DNA of 64,000 nt, taken from Pelagibacteraceae bacterium AG-325-C10. GTDB lineage: Bacteria; Pseudomonadota; Alphaproteobacteria; Pelagibacterales; Pelagibacteraceae. Numbering within the stretch: the first letter of the stretch is position 1; every line of letters begins with the position of its first letter. Shown here one piece after another: positions 40,083 through 54,820 of this stretch. Under the pieces are notes generated by a model. That model ran no database searches and was not told the origin of the DNA. It saw only the letters and a list, made by a program, of their open reading frames with translations. Location of the stretch: NCBI GenBank assembly GCA_003282975.1, contig QBYD01000002.1, forward strand, positions 18,913 to 82,912. The letters run 5' to 3'. Position numbers and translations under genes: made by a program.

Positions 40083-41150
40083 ATGTCAGATATTAAAAAA
40101 ATTAAAGACGAATATCTTTTAAAGCTAAGCAAAGACTTAGATGTAAATCAAATTAATCAAATTAAAACAGATTTATTTGGTAAAAATGGATTGGTAAGTT
40201 CTCAATTTAAACAACTTGGTAAAATTACTGAGGATGAAAGAAAAAAACTTGCTTCAGAACTAAATGATGCAAAAGATGTATTACAAAATTTAATTGTTTC
40301 AAAAATAGAAGAAATTGAAATTAAAGAAATAAATCAAAAACTAGAAAAAGAAAAAGTAGACATAACATTACCTGAAAGACCATTTGCAGAGGGTAAAATA
40401 CATCCAGTATCTCAAGTAATTGATGAAATCTCTTCTATCTTTTCTGAAATTGGTTTTAGTGTTGAGGAAGGACCTGATGTTGAAAATGAATATAATAATT
40501 TTACTGCTTTAAATACTCCAGATAATCATCCAGCTAGAGATATGCATGACACTTTTTATCTAGATGAAAAAAAAGAATTACTCTTAAGAACACATACTTC
40601 TCCTGTTCAAATTCGAACCATGATAAATGATAAACCACCTTTTAAGATTATTGCACCTGGAAGGACTTATAGATCTGATAGTGATCAAACACATGCACCA
40701 ATGTTCCATCAAATAGAAGGCTTACATATTGATAAAGATATTAATATGGGTCATTTAAAAGGCTGTTTAAATTATTTTATTAAAGAATTTTTTGAAGTTG
40801 ATAAGATAAAAATGAGATTTAGACCAAGCCATTTTCCATTTACGGAACCTTCTGCTGAAGTAGATATAGGTTATGAAATTAAAGATGGGAAAATTATAAT
40901 TGGTGAGGGAGACAAATGGCTTGAAATTTTAGGCTGTGGAATGGTTCATCCAAATGTCCTTAAAAATGTTAATGTGGATCCAGGTGAATTTCAAGGATAT
41001 GCTTTTGGGATTGGAATAGATAGATTGGCAATGCTTAAGTATGGAATCAATGACTTAAGAGCATTCTTTGATTGTGATTACAGATGGTTAAATCAATTTG
41101 GATTTGATCCAATTGATGTACCTTCAAGTTATAGAGGTTTAAGTAGATGA
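40083..41150 (+). CDS. pheS: Phenylalanine--tRNA ligase alpha subunit
   Basis: [33 protein letters not shown]. Confidence 0.97.
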   Translation: MSDIKKIKDEYLLKLSKDLDVNQINQIKTDLFGKNGLVSSQFKQLGKITEDERKKLASELNDAKDVLQNLIVSKIEEIEIKEINQKLEKEKVDITLPERPFAEGKIHPVSQVIDEISSIFSEIGFSVEEGPDVENEYNNFTALNTPDNHPARDMHDTFYLDEKKELLLRTHTSPVQIRTMINDKPPFKIIAPGRTYRSDSDQTHAPMFHQIEGLHIDKDINMGHLKGCLNYFIKEFFEVDKIKMRFRPSHFPFTEPSAEVDIGYEIKDGKIIIGEGDKWLEILGCGMVHPNVLKNVNVDPGEFQGYAFGIGIDRLAMLKYGINDLRAFFDCDYRWLNQFGFDPIDVPSSYRGLSR

Positions 41151-43555
41151 AAATTACATCTAACTGGCTTAAAGAACATCTAGATACAAAATTAGATGAA
41201 AATCAGATAATAAAAAAACTTACAGATGTTGGTTTAGAGGTTGAAAGTGTTGAAAAACAAGGTGGTGAACTAGACGACTTTATTGTTGCAAAAATTTTAA
41301 AAGCAGAAAAGCATCCAAATGCTGATAAGCTTAGAGTTTGTGATGTGGATATAGGTAAAGAAAATCCTGTCAAAGTTGTTTGTGGTGCTCCAAATGCGAA
41401 AGAAGGTTTGTTTACAATCTATGCCCCACCAGGTTCAGTTATTCCTAAAAATCAAATGAAATTAGTCGTCAGTAAAATTAGAGGAGTTAGTTCTTATGGG
41501 ATGTTATGTTCAGAGTCTGAATTAAATCTATCAGATGAAAGTGATGGTATTACTGAGCTTTCATCAAATGATTTTAAAAATAAGATTGGAGATAATTATT
41601 TTCCAAAAAAAGATTCAAACGTAATTGATATATCTATTACACCAAATAGAGCAGACTGTTTAGGTGTTAGAGGAATTGCCAGAGATTTGGCTGCAGCAGG
41701 CTCAGGTAAATTAAAAGACTTTAAAGAAAATAAATTAAAAAAAGATGGAAAACAAAAGGTTAGTGTAAAAATTGAAAATGAAGATAATCAAGCATGCACA
41801 ATATTTGGAAGCTGTTTAATTACTGGAGTAAAAAATACTGAAAGTCCAGATTGGTTAAAAGAAAAAATAATTTCTATAGGGCAAAAGCCAATTTCAGCCA
41901 TTGTTGATATTACAAACTATGTAATGCTTGATTTAAATAGACCTCTTCATGCTTATGATGTTGATAAAATTGACAAGGGAATAATAGTTAGAAATTCAAA
42001 AAAAAATGAAACTTTTACAGCGTTAGATAATAAAGAATATAAACTTGATGATGGAATGTGCGTAATTTCAGATGCCTCAGGTGTACTAGGTTTAGGTGGA
42101 ATAATTGGAGGTACTAGATCTGGAACAGAACTTGATACAAAAAATATATTAATAGAGTCAGCTTATTTTTTACCTAGATCAATTAGAAAATCATCTAAAA
42201 TTTTAAATATTGATACAGATGCAAAATTTAGATTCGAAAGGGGTATTGATCCATTGTCAATTGAACAAGGGTTAAAAAGAGCTTCTAACTTAATTCAAGA
42301 AATTTGTGGTGGTAAAGTAAGTGAGTTTGATATTCAAAAAATTGAAAAATATGAAAATAAGTCTTTAGAATTTAATCCCTCTAAGTTTGAAAAGATTACA
42401 GGAATAAAAATTGAAAAAGATGAAATGATGAAGATTTTGAATGATTTAGGTTTTATTATTGAGGAAAATAAAAAAAACTTACAACTGAAGATTCCAACTT
42501 GGAGACCAGATATTTCTCAAGAAGTTGATGTTGTGGAAGAATTAATAAGAATTAAAGGCTATGAACAAATTGAACTAATAGAGCCTCAAAAAATTCGACA
42601 AAAAGAAACTCTAAATAAAAAACAAAAATTATTTCATTTTTTACAAAGAGCTGTTGCTTCAAAAGGTTATTTAGAGGCAATTACTTGGTCTTTTACTGAT
42701 AGTAGAATTAATCAATTATTTCTTAAAAAAAATAAGGAAATTAAAATTGTAAACCCAATAAGCTCAGATTTAGATGTTTTAAGAAGTTCAATTTTTTCTA
42801 ACTTAATAATTCATTTAAATAAAAACTTAGATAGAGGATTTAAGGATCTATCAATATTTGAAATAGGCCCTACATTCTTTGGAAAAAAGCCAGGTGAGCA
42901 ACAAACAGTTATAGGTGGATTAAAATCTGGAAAGATTTTCAGACAAAGTTGGTTAGAAAAAGAAAGATTAGTAGATGCATTTGATGTTAAAAGTGATGTG
43001 ATTAAAAGCTTGGTAGAAGCAGGATATGATAAGGAAAATTTATATTTTGATACAGAAACACCTAGTTATTATCATCCAGGAAAATCTGGAAGAGTTTTTT
43101 TAAACAAAGGTAAAGAAAAAGTTGTAGCTTATTTTGGGGACATTCATCCCAATGTTTTAAAAAAATTAGATATTAAAATAGAAGCTTTGGTAGGATTTGA
43201 AATTTTTTTAGATAATATTAAACAACCAAAAAAATCTCTTAAAGATCAAAAGACTAAACATAAATTTTCTGACTTTCAAAAATCAGAAAGAGATTTTGCT
43301 TTTGTTTTAGATAAAAATTTTCAAGTACAAGAGTTAATTGAAATAATATTAAATGTTGATAAAAATTTAATTAAGTCGGTTAAAGTTTTTGATGTGTATG
43401 AGGGTAAAAATATACCAGAGAACAAAAAATCTATCGCACTTAACGTAACAATACAATCATTTGAAAAAACACTAAATGAAGATGATTTGAACAAAATAAA
43501 CCAAACAATTATCACTGCCGTAGAGTCTAAACTAGACGCTAAGATAAGATCATAG
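41147..43555 (+). CDS. pheT: Phenylalanine--tRNA ligase beta subunit
   Basis: [32 protein letters not shown]. Confidence 0.96.
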   Translation: MKITSNWLKEHLDTKLDENQIIKKLTDVGLEVESVEKQGGELDDFIVAKILKAEKHPNADKLRVCDVDIGKENPVKVVCGAPNAKEGLFTIYAPPGSVIPKNQMKLVVSKIRGVSSYGMLCSESELNLSDESDGITELSSNDFKNKIGDNYFPKKDSNVIDISITPNRADCLGVRGIARDLAAAGSGKLKDFKENKLKKDGKQKVSVKIENEDNQACTIFGSCLITGVKNTESPDWLKEKIISIGQKPISAIVDITNYVMLDLNRPLHAYDVDKIDKGIIVRNSKKNETFTALDNKEYKLDDGMCVISDASGVLGLGGIIGGTRSGTELDTKNILIESAYFLPRSIRKSSKILNIDTDAKFRFERGIDPLSIEQGLKRASNLIQEICGGKVSEFDIQKIEKYENKSLEFNPSKFEKITGIKIEKDEMMKILNDLGFIIEENKKNLQLKIPTWRPDISQEVDVVEELIRIKGYEQIELIEPQKIRQKETLNKKQKLFHFLQRAVASKGYLEAITWSFTDSRINQLFLKKNKEIKIVNPISSDLDVLRSSIFSNLIIHLNKNLDRGFKDLSIFEIGPTFFGKKPGEQQTVIGGLKSGKIFRQSWLEKERLVDAFDVKSDVIKSLVEAGYDKENLYFDTETPSYYHPGKSGRVFLNKGKEKVVAYFGDIHPNVLKKLDIKIEALVGFEIFLDNIKQPKKSLKDQKTKHKFSDFQKSERDFAFVLDKNFQVQELIEIILNVDKNLIKSVKVFDVYEGKNIPENKKSIALNVTIQSFEKTLNEDDLNKINQTIITAVESKLDAKIRS

Positions 43556-43557
43556 TA

Positions 43558-45366
43558 ATGGCAAACATTGATAATATAAGAAATTTTGCAATAATTGCGC
43601 ATATTGACCACGGAAAATCTACAATAGCAGATAGAATAATTCATAGTTGTGGTGGACTAACTGAAAGAGAGATGAAGGCACAGGTGCTAGACTCAATGGA
43701 TATTGAGCGTGAAAGAGGGATTACCATCAAAGCCCAAACTGTAAAACTTAATTACAAAGCAAGAGATGGAAAAAATTATATTTTAAATATTATTGATACA
43801 CCGGGCCATGTTGATTTTAGTTATGAAGTAAGTAGATCTCTATATGCGTGTGAGGGTTCAATTTTAATTGTGGATAGTACTCAAGGTGTAGAGGCCCAAA
43901 CACTTGCAAATGTTTATCAGGCATTAGACATAAATCATGAGATTGTACCAGTACTGAATAAAGTTGATTTACCTGCATCAGATTTAGAAAAAACAAAAAC
44001 ACAGATTGAAGAAGTAATAGGCATAGATACAGAAGGAGCTGTTCCTTGTTCCGGAAAAACAGGGGAAGGTATTAATGATATTTTGGAACAAATTATTACA
44101 GTCCTACCTGGTCCCAAAGGTGAAGGTTCTGGAGATTTAAAATGTTTGCTAGTCGATAGCTGGTATGACACTTATTTAGGGGTTGTTATCTTAGTAAGAG
44201 TAATTGATGGAAAGATTTCAAAAAATATGAAAATTAAAATGATGTCTACAAATCAAGAATATATTGTTGAAAAAGTTGGAGTATTTACACCTAAAGCTAC
44301 AGATATTAATCAATTATATGCTGGAGAAATAGGATTTATTACAACAGGAATAAAAGTTTTATCTGAAACAAAAGTTGGTGACACTATTTGTGATGCAGCA
44401 AAACCTTTGAAAGAGGCTTTACCTGGTTTTAAACCAAGTAAGCCAGTAGTTTTTTGTGGGTTGTTTCCAGTAGATAGTTCTGAATATCAAAAATTAAAGG
44501 ATGGTTTAGCAAAATTACAACTGAATGACGCTAGTTTTTCTTTTGAACCAGAGTCATCCTCTGCACTAGGCCTAGGATTTAGGTGTGGGTTTTTAGGATT
44601 ACTCCATTTAGAAATTGTAACAGAAAGATTAGAAAGAGAATTTGATGTCAATTTATTAACAACTACACCAGGCGTAGTTTACAAAGTTTACATGAATAAT
44701 GAAAGTGTAATTGATTTACATAATCCATCAAGTTTACCAGACCCAACATTGATAAAAACAATTGAAGAACCCTGGATAAAAGCAACGATAATAACACCCG
44801 ATCAATACTTAGGTTCAATTATTAAGATGTGTCAGGACAAAAGAGGCGTGCAGACCAATTTAAGCTATTCAGGAAATCGAGCAGTAGTAAACTATGAATT
44901 ACCTCTTAATGAGGTTGTATTTGATTTTAATGACAGGTTAAAATCAATGACAAGTGGTTATGCTAGTTTTGATTATGAAATTATTGAGCATAGAGAAGGA
45001 GATCTAGTAAAACTTGGAATTTTGGTTAATGCTGAACCAGTGGATGCATTAGCAATGATGATACATAAAGATTTCGCGCAAAGGACAGGCAGGGAAGTAT
45101 GTGAAAAGCTTAAAGATTTAATACCAAGACATAATTTTATGATTCCGGTTCAAGCAGCAATTGGTGGAAAGATTATAGCTAGAGAAACCATAAAAGGGTT
45201 TAAAAAAGACGTTTTAACAAAAATTCATGGAGGTGGGGCAACAGATAGAAAAAGAAAACTCTTAGAAAAACAAAAAAAAGGTAAAGCTAGATCTAAGCAA
45301 TTTGGAAGAGTAGAGATACCTCAAGAAGCATTCATAGGAGTATTAAAAATAAATAAAGAAAAATGA
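43558..45366 (+). CDS. lepA: Elongation factor 4 (LepA)
   Basis: [44 protein letters not shown]. Confidence 0.97.
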   Translation: MANIDNIRNFAIIAHIDHGKSTIADRIIHSCGGLTEREMKAQVLDSMDIERERGITIKAQTVKLNYKARDGKNYILNIIDTPGHVDFSYEVSRSLYACEGSILIVDSTQGVEAQTLANVYQALDINHEIVPVLNKVDLPASDLEKTKTQIEEVIGIDTEGAVPCSGKTGEGINDILEQIITVLPGPKGEGSGDLKCLLVDSWYDTYLGVVILVRVIDGKISKNMKIKMMSTNQEYIVEKVGVFTPKATDINQLYAGEIGFITTGIKVLSETKVGDTICDAAKPLKEALPGFKPSKPVVFCGLFPVDSSEYQKLKDGLAKLQLNDASFSFEPESSSALGLGFRCGFLGLLHLEIVTERLEREFDVNLLTTTPGVVYKVYMNNESVIDLHNPSSLPDPTLIKTIEEPWIKATIITPDQYLGSIIKMCQDKRGVQTNLSYSGNRAVVNYELPLNEVVFDFNDRLKSMTSGYASFDYEIIEHREGDLVKLGILVNAEPVDALAMMIHKDFAQRTGREVCEKLKDLIPRHNFMIPVQAAIGGKIIARETIKGFKKDVLTKIHGGGATDRKRKLLEKQKKGKARSKQFGRVEIPQEAFIGVLKINKEK

Positions 45367-46370
45367 AAAAAATTTTAGTAATTGATCCTGGAAAAGGCTG
45401 GGGCCAGTTTGTTTCTAAAATGTATTGCTATCAAAAATTAGCTGGTCACCTAAATTCAAAAATAACCTTTTTAACAAAAAAATCTACGCAAGCTGAGCAT
45501 TATTTAAAATCTCTATCTTTTTGTGAAGATGTATTATATATCGAAGAACCAAAAAAAGGTGTTCAACATTTTTTTTTAAATATTAAATCTATAATTAAAA
45601 ATATTAAAAAAATTAATCAAATTCATTTTGATAATTGTTATGTTTTTCATCCATCTTTAAGGTATTTATTTATAGCATATTTTTCAAATATTAAAAAAAT
45701 CTGGGGATTAGGTTTTAAGTTTCAAAGCTTTTTTTTAACAAAAAATAAAAAACTTTATTTAAGTTTTTTTTCAAAAACCAAAGGCGATGATGAGGCCTTA
45801 GAAGCAGTAAAAAAAATTACTAACTCTCAAAAAATTGATTATCAACCACTTTCTAGTGTAGAAAAAAGTTTAAGAGATACTGTTGGAATAATTATCGCTG
45901 CCTCTGGAAATGAAAAAAGATGGGCAATAGGCAATTATTTGAAAATAATACAATTTTTGAAAGAAAAAAATTATAAAAAATTTTTAATTATAAGTGGATT
46001 AGATCAATCAGATGATGAGAATTTAATAAAAAAAAGATTTATACAAAATACAGATATAATTTTTACGTCAGATAAAAAAATTAATGATGTGATTCCATAT
46101 TTAAAAAAATGTAAATTCTGCATAGGTAATGATACTGGATTTGCCCACTTATCTGTAAATTTAGATGTAGAAACTCTTGTTATCCAGGGCGATTGTCCAC
46201 CTCAATCTTACTCAAAATTATTGAAACATGTAGATATCGAACCAAATGTTGTTCGTTCATCTACATCAATACATACAATAAAAATTGAAAAGGTTTTGGA
46301 TGAACTATCAAAACTTTTAAATAGGAGAGGTGGCCGAGTGGTTGAAGGCGCACGCTTGGAAAGCGTGTAA
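45363..46370 (+). CDS. Glycosyltransferase family 9 (heptosyltransferase-like); 3' end overlaps tRNA-Ser
   Basis: KRW and [10 protein letters not shown] motifs; start overlaps lepA stop; first in-frame stop is TAA at 46368-46370. Confidence 0.8.
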   Translation: MKKILVIDPGKGWGQFVSKMYCYQKLAGHLNSKITFLTKKSTQAEHYLKSLSFCEDVLYIEEPKKGVQHFFLNIKSIIKNIKKINQIHFDNCYVFHPSLRYLFIAYFSNIKKIWGLGFKFQSFFLTKNKKLYLSFFSKTKGDDEALEAVKKITNSQKIDYQPLSSVEKSLRDTVGIIIAASGNEKRWAIGNYLKIIQFLKEKNYKKFLIISGLDQSDDENLIKKRFIQNTDIIFTSDKKINDVIPYLKKCKFCIGNDTGFAHLSVNLDVETLVIQGDCPPQSYSKLLKHVDIEPNVVRSSTSIHTIKIEKVLDELSKLLNRRGGRVVEGARLESV

Positions 46371-46413
46371 AGGAGCAATCCTTTCATGGGTTCGAATCCC
46401 ATTCTCTCCGCCA
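46324..46413 (+). tRNA. tRNA-Ser(GGA)
   Basis: Acceptor GGAGAGG/TCTCTCC, anticodon arm CACGC-TTGGAAA-GCGTG, long variable arm, TTCGAAT T-loop, G discriminator and CCA. Confidence 0.96.
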
Positions 46414-46421
46414 TAAATTAT

Positions 46422-47195
46422 TTAAAAATTTTTATAATAATAGTCAGTTTTTCCATCATTATAAATAGAATTAAAAAATTTAAACTTTTGCTTTTTTAAA
46501 AATTTATTTGTCTTATTAAAATTTTTATCAAAGATTTCTATTTGTAAAAATATTTTATTATAACTTATTAATTTTTTTAATCCTTGCAGAACTTCATATT
46601 CATGACCTTCTGCATCAATTTTAATAGAAATATCCTTATTTTTTAATTTAATAATACTATCTCCAATCTTAAAAATATTATTCTCTAAATGAAGATTTTT
46701 CAAATTATCCTCTTTTTTTACAACACTATAACCACTAGATTGAATGTAACCATCTCTCTTTTTTGCCCTCATAAGTAATTTTGTATTTTTATTTGAAAGA
46801 CCGAATTCATAAAGTTTAATTCTTTTTAATCTTTTATTAAATTTCAAATTATCTTTAAATTTGGCTATAGTTTTTTTGACTGGTTCAAAAGATTTAATTC
46901 TAATCTTATCAAATTTATCTCTAACAATTAAACTATAAATTCCTGAATTAGCTCCAATATCTATAAAATATCCTAAATTATATTTTTTTATATTATTAAT
47001 AAGGAATTCAATTTGTAAATTTTCATAATTATTAAAAAGAAAAATTTCTTTATCCATTGGTTCACCGAAATTACCCTCAAGATTTAAACCAAAAAATTTA
47101 AATTTAATTTTTTTATTTTTATAAAATATTTTCATAAATGAGGGATAAGCTCTTTTAATTATAGGTATTTTTTTCAAAATTTTTTTTGATAACAT
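46422..47195 (-). CDS. FkbM-family methyltransferase
   Basis: FIDIGANSG, SFEP, IKIDAEGHEYEVLQG. Confidence 0.88.
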   Translation of the reverse strand: MLSKKILKKIPIIKRAYPSFMKIFYKNKKIKFKFFGLNLEGNFGEPMDKEIFLFNNYENLQIEFLINNIKKYNLGYFIDIGANSGIYSLIVRDKFDKIRIKSFEPVKKTIAKFKDNLKFNKRLKRIKLYEFGLSNKNTKLLMRAKKRDGYIQSSGYSVVKKEDNLKNLHLENNIFKIGDSIIKLKNKDISIKIDAEGHEYEVLQGLKKLISYNKIFLQIEIFDKNFNKTNKFLKKQKFKFFNSIYNDGKTDYYYKNF

Positions 47196-47199
47196 TAAA

Positions 47200-47940
47200 T
47201 TATAAATAATTTTTGTTTTGAGTATTTAGAATATCATTAAGATTACTTTTATATTTTTTGTCTAGATAAAAATTTGTGCAATTTAATTTTGAATATAAGA
47301 AATATTCATTATTTATCATATATTCATAAATAGCACTGTTTGTTACATCAGCAATATCATATGCATCATTATCCTCAATTGCGATTAAAGATGGTCGAAC
47401 ATTATTTAAATTGAGTCCCTGTAGTGCTTTAAAATCTCTATACTCAACATCAATATTTAGAAAATCTATTTTTTTAATCCCTAAATTTTTGATGATATTA
47501 TCTAACGTAGTTATTTGAATTTTAACTTTTTTTACATTCTCGTAGAATTTAAAAGAATTTGCCTGATTAATATGACTTGATTGATAATAAAAATCTTCAC
47601 CTTCTTTATCTGCAATACCGATATTTATATTTTTATCATTTGGTCTTGCAATATTAAAAAGATTGATTGTGTCCTCAGAAATATCAATGTTAACTCCTTT
47701 CCATCCTTTTTTATAAAGTAAGTGAGTAAGTGATGCTCTAATAGGATGATAACATCCAACATCTATATAAAAACCATCTTTTTTATGATTGAAAAGTCCT
47801 TGAATAATTATATCTTCACCATTGTCAGCGTAGTGGTATCTTTTTTTAGATTTTTTTAATATTTTTAAAAAAAAATATAACTTATTGAATGGATAGAGTT
47901 TAATCAGATAATCTTTAATTTTATTTTCAATTTTTTTCAT
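47200..47940 (-). CDS. FkbM-family methyltransferase
   Basis: GFYIDVGCYHP, GWKGVNID, IDFLNIDVE. Confidence 0.88.
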   Translation of the reverse strand: MKKIENKIKDYLIKLYPFNKLYFFLKILKKSKKRYHYADNGEDIIIQGLFNHKKDGFYIDVGCYHPIRASLTHLLYKKGWKGVNIDISEDTINLFNIARPNDKNINIGIADKEGEDFYYQSSHINQANSFKFYENVKKVKIQITTLDNIIKNLGIKKIDFLNIDVEYRDFKALQGLNLNNVRPSLIAIEDNDAYDIADVTNSAIYEYMINNEYFLYSKLNCTNFYLDKKYKSNLNDILNTQNKNYL

Positions 47941-48142
47941 ATTTCTAAAACTCTAAATGCTTAACTTAAGGCTAGTATTTTAAATTATTTATAGATTAGT
48001 TATTGATGATTGCATACGTATCCTTAAAAATTTTTATTTCTTAAAAGTTTTAAGAATTTATTAAATAAACCATGATTTTTAAGGCTAATTTCTACTATTA
48101 AAGTGTTGAAAATGATTATATTTCAGCATTTTTTTGGAAAAA

Positions 48143-50235
<2,093 letters not shown>

Positions 50236-50237
50236 TA

Positions 50238-51515
50238 ATGAAGTTTTTTGAAACTTCAAAGTATCATTCTTTTAAAAAATCTACTTACATTAGTTTGAGA
50301 TGGATAGGTATAGCTGGACAATTATTTGCAGTTAATTTTGTATATTTTTTTTTGAATTTTGAATTTAATTGGCTATTTTCAAGTATTACAATTTTTTTTG
50401 GAATTTTAAGTAATCTTTATTTAACTTTTATTTATAAAAAGACTCAATTGTCAGATAAATCAGCATTTATATTTTTAGTTATTGATATTTTACTGTTGGG
50501 TATTTTAATTTATCTCACGGGGGGAGTTGCTAACCCTTTTGTGATTTTTTTATTAATACCGAGTGTATTTTCATCATCAAACTTGAGCTTTGTGACTAAT
50601 TCTCTGTTAGTGTTACTAACAACAGTGGTAATTATTTTCCTTACATTTTTCTCAACAGATTTACCTGGTCCAATTAGTGATCATTTTCATGTAAGCCCTT
50701 ATTATTATTATGCAATTCCAGTTTCATTAATAATTGCTCTATTTTTTTTAAATTATTTTGCGATGACATTTGGAACACAATCTCGCCTTCGAAAAGAAGC
50801 TTTAGCAAAGATGGAGGAAGTAATGGCGACAGAACATGAACTTTTATCTCTAGGAGGACAAGCTGCAGCCGCCGCTCACTCTTTAGGCACACCTCTTTCT
50901 ACAATTAAGATAATTACTCAAGATTTAGTAAGACAGTTTAAAGGACAAAAAGAGGTTGAAAAAGATATTGAGTTATTATCTAGCCAAGTTGAAAGATGTA
51001 ATGAAATCTTAAAGCGTTTAACTATTGATCCTGTTGAAGAAGATGATTTTATCGATAAAGACTTAACAATGAGAGATTATTTGGCAGAAATTATTTCATC
51101 ATTTAGAGAAATTAGTAAAAAAAAATTTATCTTTAATCATGATCAAGATTCAAATTTAAGAAAAATAACGAAATCTATAGAAATAGTTTATGGTTTAAGA
51201 AATTTTATTGGAAATGCTAATAAGTTTTCTAAAGACTCAGTTTATATAAATTTAAAAAGTGACAGTGAAATTACAGAAATCACAATTGAAGATGATGGAA
51301 ATGGATATCCAAAAGATGTTTTGCCGAAAATTGGGGAACCTTATTTAAGCTCAAGCTCTCAAGAAAAATCTAAAAAAGGATTAGGACTTGGATTATTTAT
51401 TGGAAAAACTCTTTTAGAAAAAAATTTTGCATTAATTATTTGTAGAAATTCAAAAACTAGAAGTGGAGCTGAAGTGATTATTAAATGGAATAATAGAGAT
51501 CTATTTAATATTTAG
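50238..51515 (+). CDS. regB: RegB/PrrB/ActS-family redox-sensing histidine kinase
   Basis: LRW start of TM region, GGVANPF quinone-binding motif, [11 protein letters not shown]-box, ERC Cys, GLGLGL G2 box. Confidence 0.9.
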   Translation: MKFFETSKYHSFKKSTYISLRWIGIAGQLFAVNFVYFFLNFEFNWLFSSITIFFGILSNLYLTFIYKKTQLSDKSAFIFLVIDILLLGILIYLTGGVANPFVIFLLIPSVFSSSNLSFVTNSLLVLLTTVVIIFLTFFSTDLPGPISDHFHVSPYYYYAIPVSLIIALFFLNYFAMTFGTQSRLRKEALAKMEEVMATEHELLSLGGQAAAAAHSLGTPLSTIKIITQDLVRQFKGQKEVEKDIELLSSQVERCNEILKRLTIDPVEEDDFIDKDLTMRDYLAEIISSFREISKKKFIFNHDQDSNLRKITKSIEIVYGLRNFIGNANKFSKDSVYINLKSDSEITEITIEDDGNGYPKDVLPKIGEPYLSSSSQEKSKKGLGLGLFIGKTLLEKNFALIICRNSKTRSGAEVIIKWNNRDLFNI

Positions 51516-53311
51516 TGAAATTTTTTTTTAGTATCAAATAAAGAGCTTAGTTGAGATATCATTACATCGCCTAATTCATTTACATCTGTAATTTTAATTG
51601 CCCTGTTGTAATATCTTGAAACATCGTGACCAATTCCAATTGCTAAAACTTCTATATCAGTTTTATTTTCAATAAATTTAACCATTTTTTTTAAGTGTTT
51701 TTCTAAAAAATCACCAGAGTTTACGGAAAGAGTAGAGTCATCAACTGGCGCTCCATCAGATATAACCATTAATATTTTTCTTTCTTCTTTTCTTTTTTTC
51801 ACTCTGTTATAGGCCCAAGAAATAGCTTCTCCATCAATATTTTCTTTAAGCAAACCTTCTTTTAGCATCAGACCTAAATTATTTTTAGCTTGTCGCCAAT
51901 GTGTATCAGCGCCTTTATAAATTATGTGTCTTAAATCATTTAATCTTCCAGGTGTCTTAGGTTTCGAATTTTTGTTCCAATGTTCTCTACTTTGTCCACC
52001 TTTCCAATTTTTAGTAGTAAAACCTAAAATTTCTACTTTAACTGAACATCTTTCTAAGGTTCTTGAAAGTATGTCTGCACATATTGCAGCTATCGTTATT
52101 GGTCTTCCTCTCATTGAACCTGAATTATCAATAAGCAAAGTCACAATTGTATCTTTAAAATCTAAATCTTTTTCTTTTTTAAAAGAAAGAGAATTATATG
52201 GATCCATTATAATTCTTGGTAATTTTGAACTATCAAGCAAACCTTCTTCTAAATCAAATTCCCATGCTCTATTTTGCTTAGCTAATAGCTGCCTTTGAAG
52301 TTTATTTGCAAGTTTAGTAATCACATCTTGAAAACCAATTAGTTGCTGATCTAATGTTCTACGAAGTTTTACTGCTTCATCTGCATTTTCTAAATTTTCA
52401 GCTTTTACTACCTCATCAAATTGTGTTGTAAATATTTTATAATCTAAGTTTAAATTTTCAATATTCTTTTGAACTATTTGCTCTGAGCTTTGTTCATCAG
52501 ATTCTACATCTGAAAGTTGTTCGTCTAGGTTAAATTCATCAACATCATAATCAGCATCTAATGAAGCTTGTGTTTCATTTTCATTATTTTCGTCTCTATT
52601 ATCTTCGGTGTCTTTATCTTGATCATCATTTGAAGGATTGTCTTGTCCTTGATCTTGATTTTCCTCTCTTTTTTCATCATTTTCATCATTTTGAAAAATA
52701 TCCATTTCATTTAAGATTTGAGAAAATCTTGAACTATAGTTATTTTGATCTTCCAAATTATCTTGCAAGAATTTCTTATGTTTTCCTACTGATTGATCAA
52801 AATCGTGTTCCCAAAAATTTAATATTTTTGTTGTTAAGGGACTTAACTTAATTTCGTGAAAATTTTTAAGCATATATAACTCAAATGCCTCTGTTACTGG
52901 CACATCTTCTTTTGTTTTTAATTGATCTTTTCTTTTGCTATTAATTATATGTGAATAATTATCTTGAAAATTTTTTTCAATACCTTTGAGCATTTTTCCA
53001 CCTAAAGCTTCATATCTTATTTTTTCAGCTATATTATATAGTGACCTAGAAGAATTATTTAACGGAAGATTTTTTCTGTAAATCTGATCGTTAGAAAATT
53101 TTTTTTTTAAAGCAGCAGAGTCTGTTTCAGCTCTTAATTTTATAAAATCGCTTGGATTTGTTAAATCATTAATTTCAATAGAATTTAAATCTTTATTTTT
53201 TTTTTCTTCAGATGTTTTATTTATTGCCTCAAAATCATCAGAGATTACTTTTACAGTTGAGGTTAAAGCTAATCTAAACTTTTCTTTAAGCCTGGTTATT
53301 TTATCACTCAT
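51512..53311 (-). CDS. cobT: CobT-family vWA protein (cobaltochelatase subunit-like)
   Basis: Acidic linker, [43 protein letters not shown]. Confidence 0.92.
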   Translation of the reverse strand: MSDKITRLKEKFRLALTSTVKVISDDFEAINKTSEEKKNKDLNSIEINDLTNPSDFIKLRAETDSAALKKKFSNDQIYRKNLPLNNSSRSLYNIAEKIRYEALGGKMLKGIEKNFQDNYSHIINSKRKDQLKTKEDVPVTEAFELYMLKNFHEIKLSPLTTKILNFWEHDFDQSVGKHKKFLQDNLEDQNNYSSRFSQILNEMDIFQNDENDEKREENQDQGQDNPSNDDQDKDTEDNRDENNENETQASLDADYDVDEFNLDEQLSDVESDEQSSEQIVQKNIENLNLDYKIFTTQFDEVVKAENLENADEAVKLRRTLDQQLIGFQDVITKLANKLQRQLLAKQNRAWEFDLEEGLLDSSKLPRIIMDPYNSLSFKKEKDLDFKDTIVTLLIDNSGSMRGRPITIAAICADILSRTLERCSVKVEILGFTTKNWKGGQSREHWNKNSKPKTPGRLNDLRHIIYKGADTHWRQAKNNLGLMLKEGLLKENIDGEAISWAYNRVKKRKEERKILMVISDGAPVDDSTLSVNSGDFLEKHLKKMVKFIENKTDIEVLAIGIGHDVSRYYNRAIKITDVNELGDVMISQLSSLFDTKKKFH

Positions 53312-54286
53312 TTAAATTTGAATATTAATCAATGACTCTGGCAATTCCTCACCGAAACATCTTTGATAATATTCTGCGATAGTATTTTTTTCAATTTCAT
53401 CACATTTATTTAAAAAAGTTACTCTAAAAGCATATCCAGTGTCTTTAAAAATCTCAGAATTTTCCGCCCAATGCATGACTGTTCTTGGGCTCATCACAGT
53501 TGAGATATCCCCTGCAATAAAGCCTTTTCTAGTTAAAGATGCTACTTTTATCATATTAGCTACTTTTTCCTTACCTTTTGCATTATTTAAATTTTTATTT
53601 TTAGCTAAAACAATGTCTAGTTCTCTATCAAGACTAAGATAATTTAGTGTGGTAACAATATTCCATCTATCCATTTGTCCTTGGTTGATCTGTTGTGTTC
53701 CATGATAAAGACCTGTTGTATCACCTAAACCAACAGTATTTGATGTAGCAAATAATCTAAAAAATTTATTCTGTTTAATAACTTTATTTTTATCAAGAAG
53801 TGTAAAATTTCCCTCAGCTTCCAAGACTCTTTGAATTACAAACATCACATCTGGTCTACCTGCATCATATTCATCAAAAACTAGTGCTACTGGATTTTGA
53901 ATAGACCATGGTAAAATACCTTCATTAAATTGAGTAACTTGTTTACCATCTTTTAATACGATGGCATCTTTTCCTATCAAATCTATTCTACTTACATGGC
54001 TATCTAAATTTACCCTGATACAAGGCCAGTTTAATCTTGCAGCAATTTGTTCTATATGTGTAGATTTTCCCGTTCCATGATAGCCCTGAACTAAAACTCT
54101 TTTATTAAAGGCAAAACCAGAGATTATTGCTAGCGTAGTGTCTCTATCAAATTTATAAGTTTTATCAATTTCGGGAACGTATTCATTTTTTTTTGAAAAT
54201 GCATCTACTTCCATTTCAGAATCAATTCCAAAAGTTTGCTTTAATGAAACTTTAATGTCCGGTTGCATGTCAAGATTTGGTGTCAA
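53312..54286 (-). CDS. cobS: CobS-family AAA+ ATPase (cobaltochelatase subunit-like)
   Basis: GYHGTGKST Walker [12 protein letters not shown] Walker B, MDRW, MSPRT. Confidence 0.93.
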   Translation of the reverse strand: MTPNLDMQPDIKVSLKQTFGIDSEMEVDAFSKKNEYVPEIDKTYKFDRDTTLAIISGFAFNKRVLVQGYHGTGKSTHIEQIAARLNWPCIRVNLDSHVSRIDLIGKDAIVLKDGKQVTQFNEGILPWSIQNPVALVFDEYDAGRPDVMFVIQRVLEAEGNFTLLDKNKVIKQNKFFRLFATSNTVGLGDTTGLYHGTQQINQGQMDRWNIVTTLNYLSLDRELDIVLAKNKNLNNAKGKEKVANMIKVASLTRKGFIAGDISTVMSPRTVMHWAENSEIFKDTGYAFRVTFLNKCDEIEKNTIAEYYQRCFGEELPESLINIQI

Positions 54287-54803
54287 TTTTTTCTCTATAT
54301 GTATTTTTAAGTTGTGTGTAAGCTAAAGTGATTAACTTTAGTTTTTCTTCATATTTTTTATTTCCGGCATTTATATCTGGGTGAAATTTTTTGACAAGTA
54401 ATTTGAACTTATTCTGAATTTTTTTCCATTTTAAACCTACAGAAACGCCTAATATTCCAAAGGCTTTAATATCTTTATGATTGAATTTAAATTGACGCAT
54501 ATGATCATATTCTCCATTAATCTTATCTTTATCAAATTCATCTCTTAAAGTGTTATTCCAAAGAACTTTAAAAAAATTGTCTGAAGAACTAAAGCTTTGT
54601 GTGGGTTTATGCCAAATCATATCTGATTTTAAGAAATTTAAAACCTGATCATCATTCATACCTGAAAAATAATTCCAATTTTTATTAAATTCTTTTACAT
54701 GTTTAAGACAAAGCATTCTATATTTTTTGCTATTATCTTTTTCCACTGGCGCTTTATATTCACCAATTTCATTACAATTATTCCAGTCACAAATATTTTT
54801 CAT
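54270..54803 (-). CDS. J-domain protein with N-terminal Cys/His (putative Zn-finger) region
   Basis: C-terminal KFHPD J-domain; N-terminal CDWNNC...CLKH. Confidence 0.87.
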   Translation of the reverse strand: MKNICDWNNCNEIGEYKAPVEKDNSKKYRMLCLKHVKEFNKNWNYFSGMNDDQVLNFLKSDMIWHKPTQSFSSSDNFFKVLWNNTLRDEFDKDKINGEYDHMRQFKFNHKDIKAFGILGVSVGLKWKKIQNKFKLLVKKFHPDINAGNKKYEEKLKLITLAYTQLKNTYREKIDTKS

Positions 54804-54820
54804 GATATATAATAATATTT

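Noticed and set aside
46208-46414. 68-aa minus-strand ORF ([10 protein letters not shown]...)
   Set aside because: Typical antisense translation of a tRNA gene
52480-52700. Low-complexity Asp/Glu/Asn/Gln stretch in cobT
   Set aside because: Expected acidic linker of CobT-family proteins
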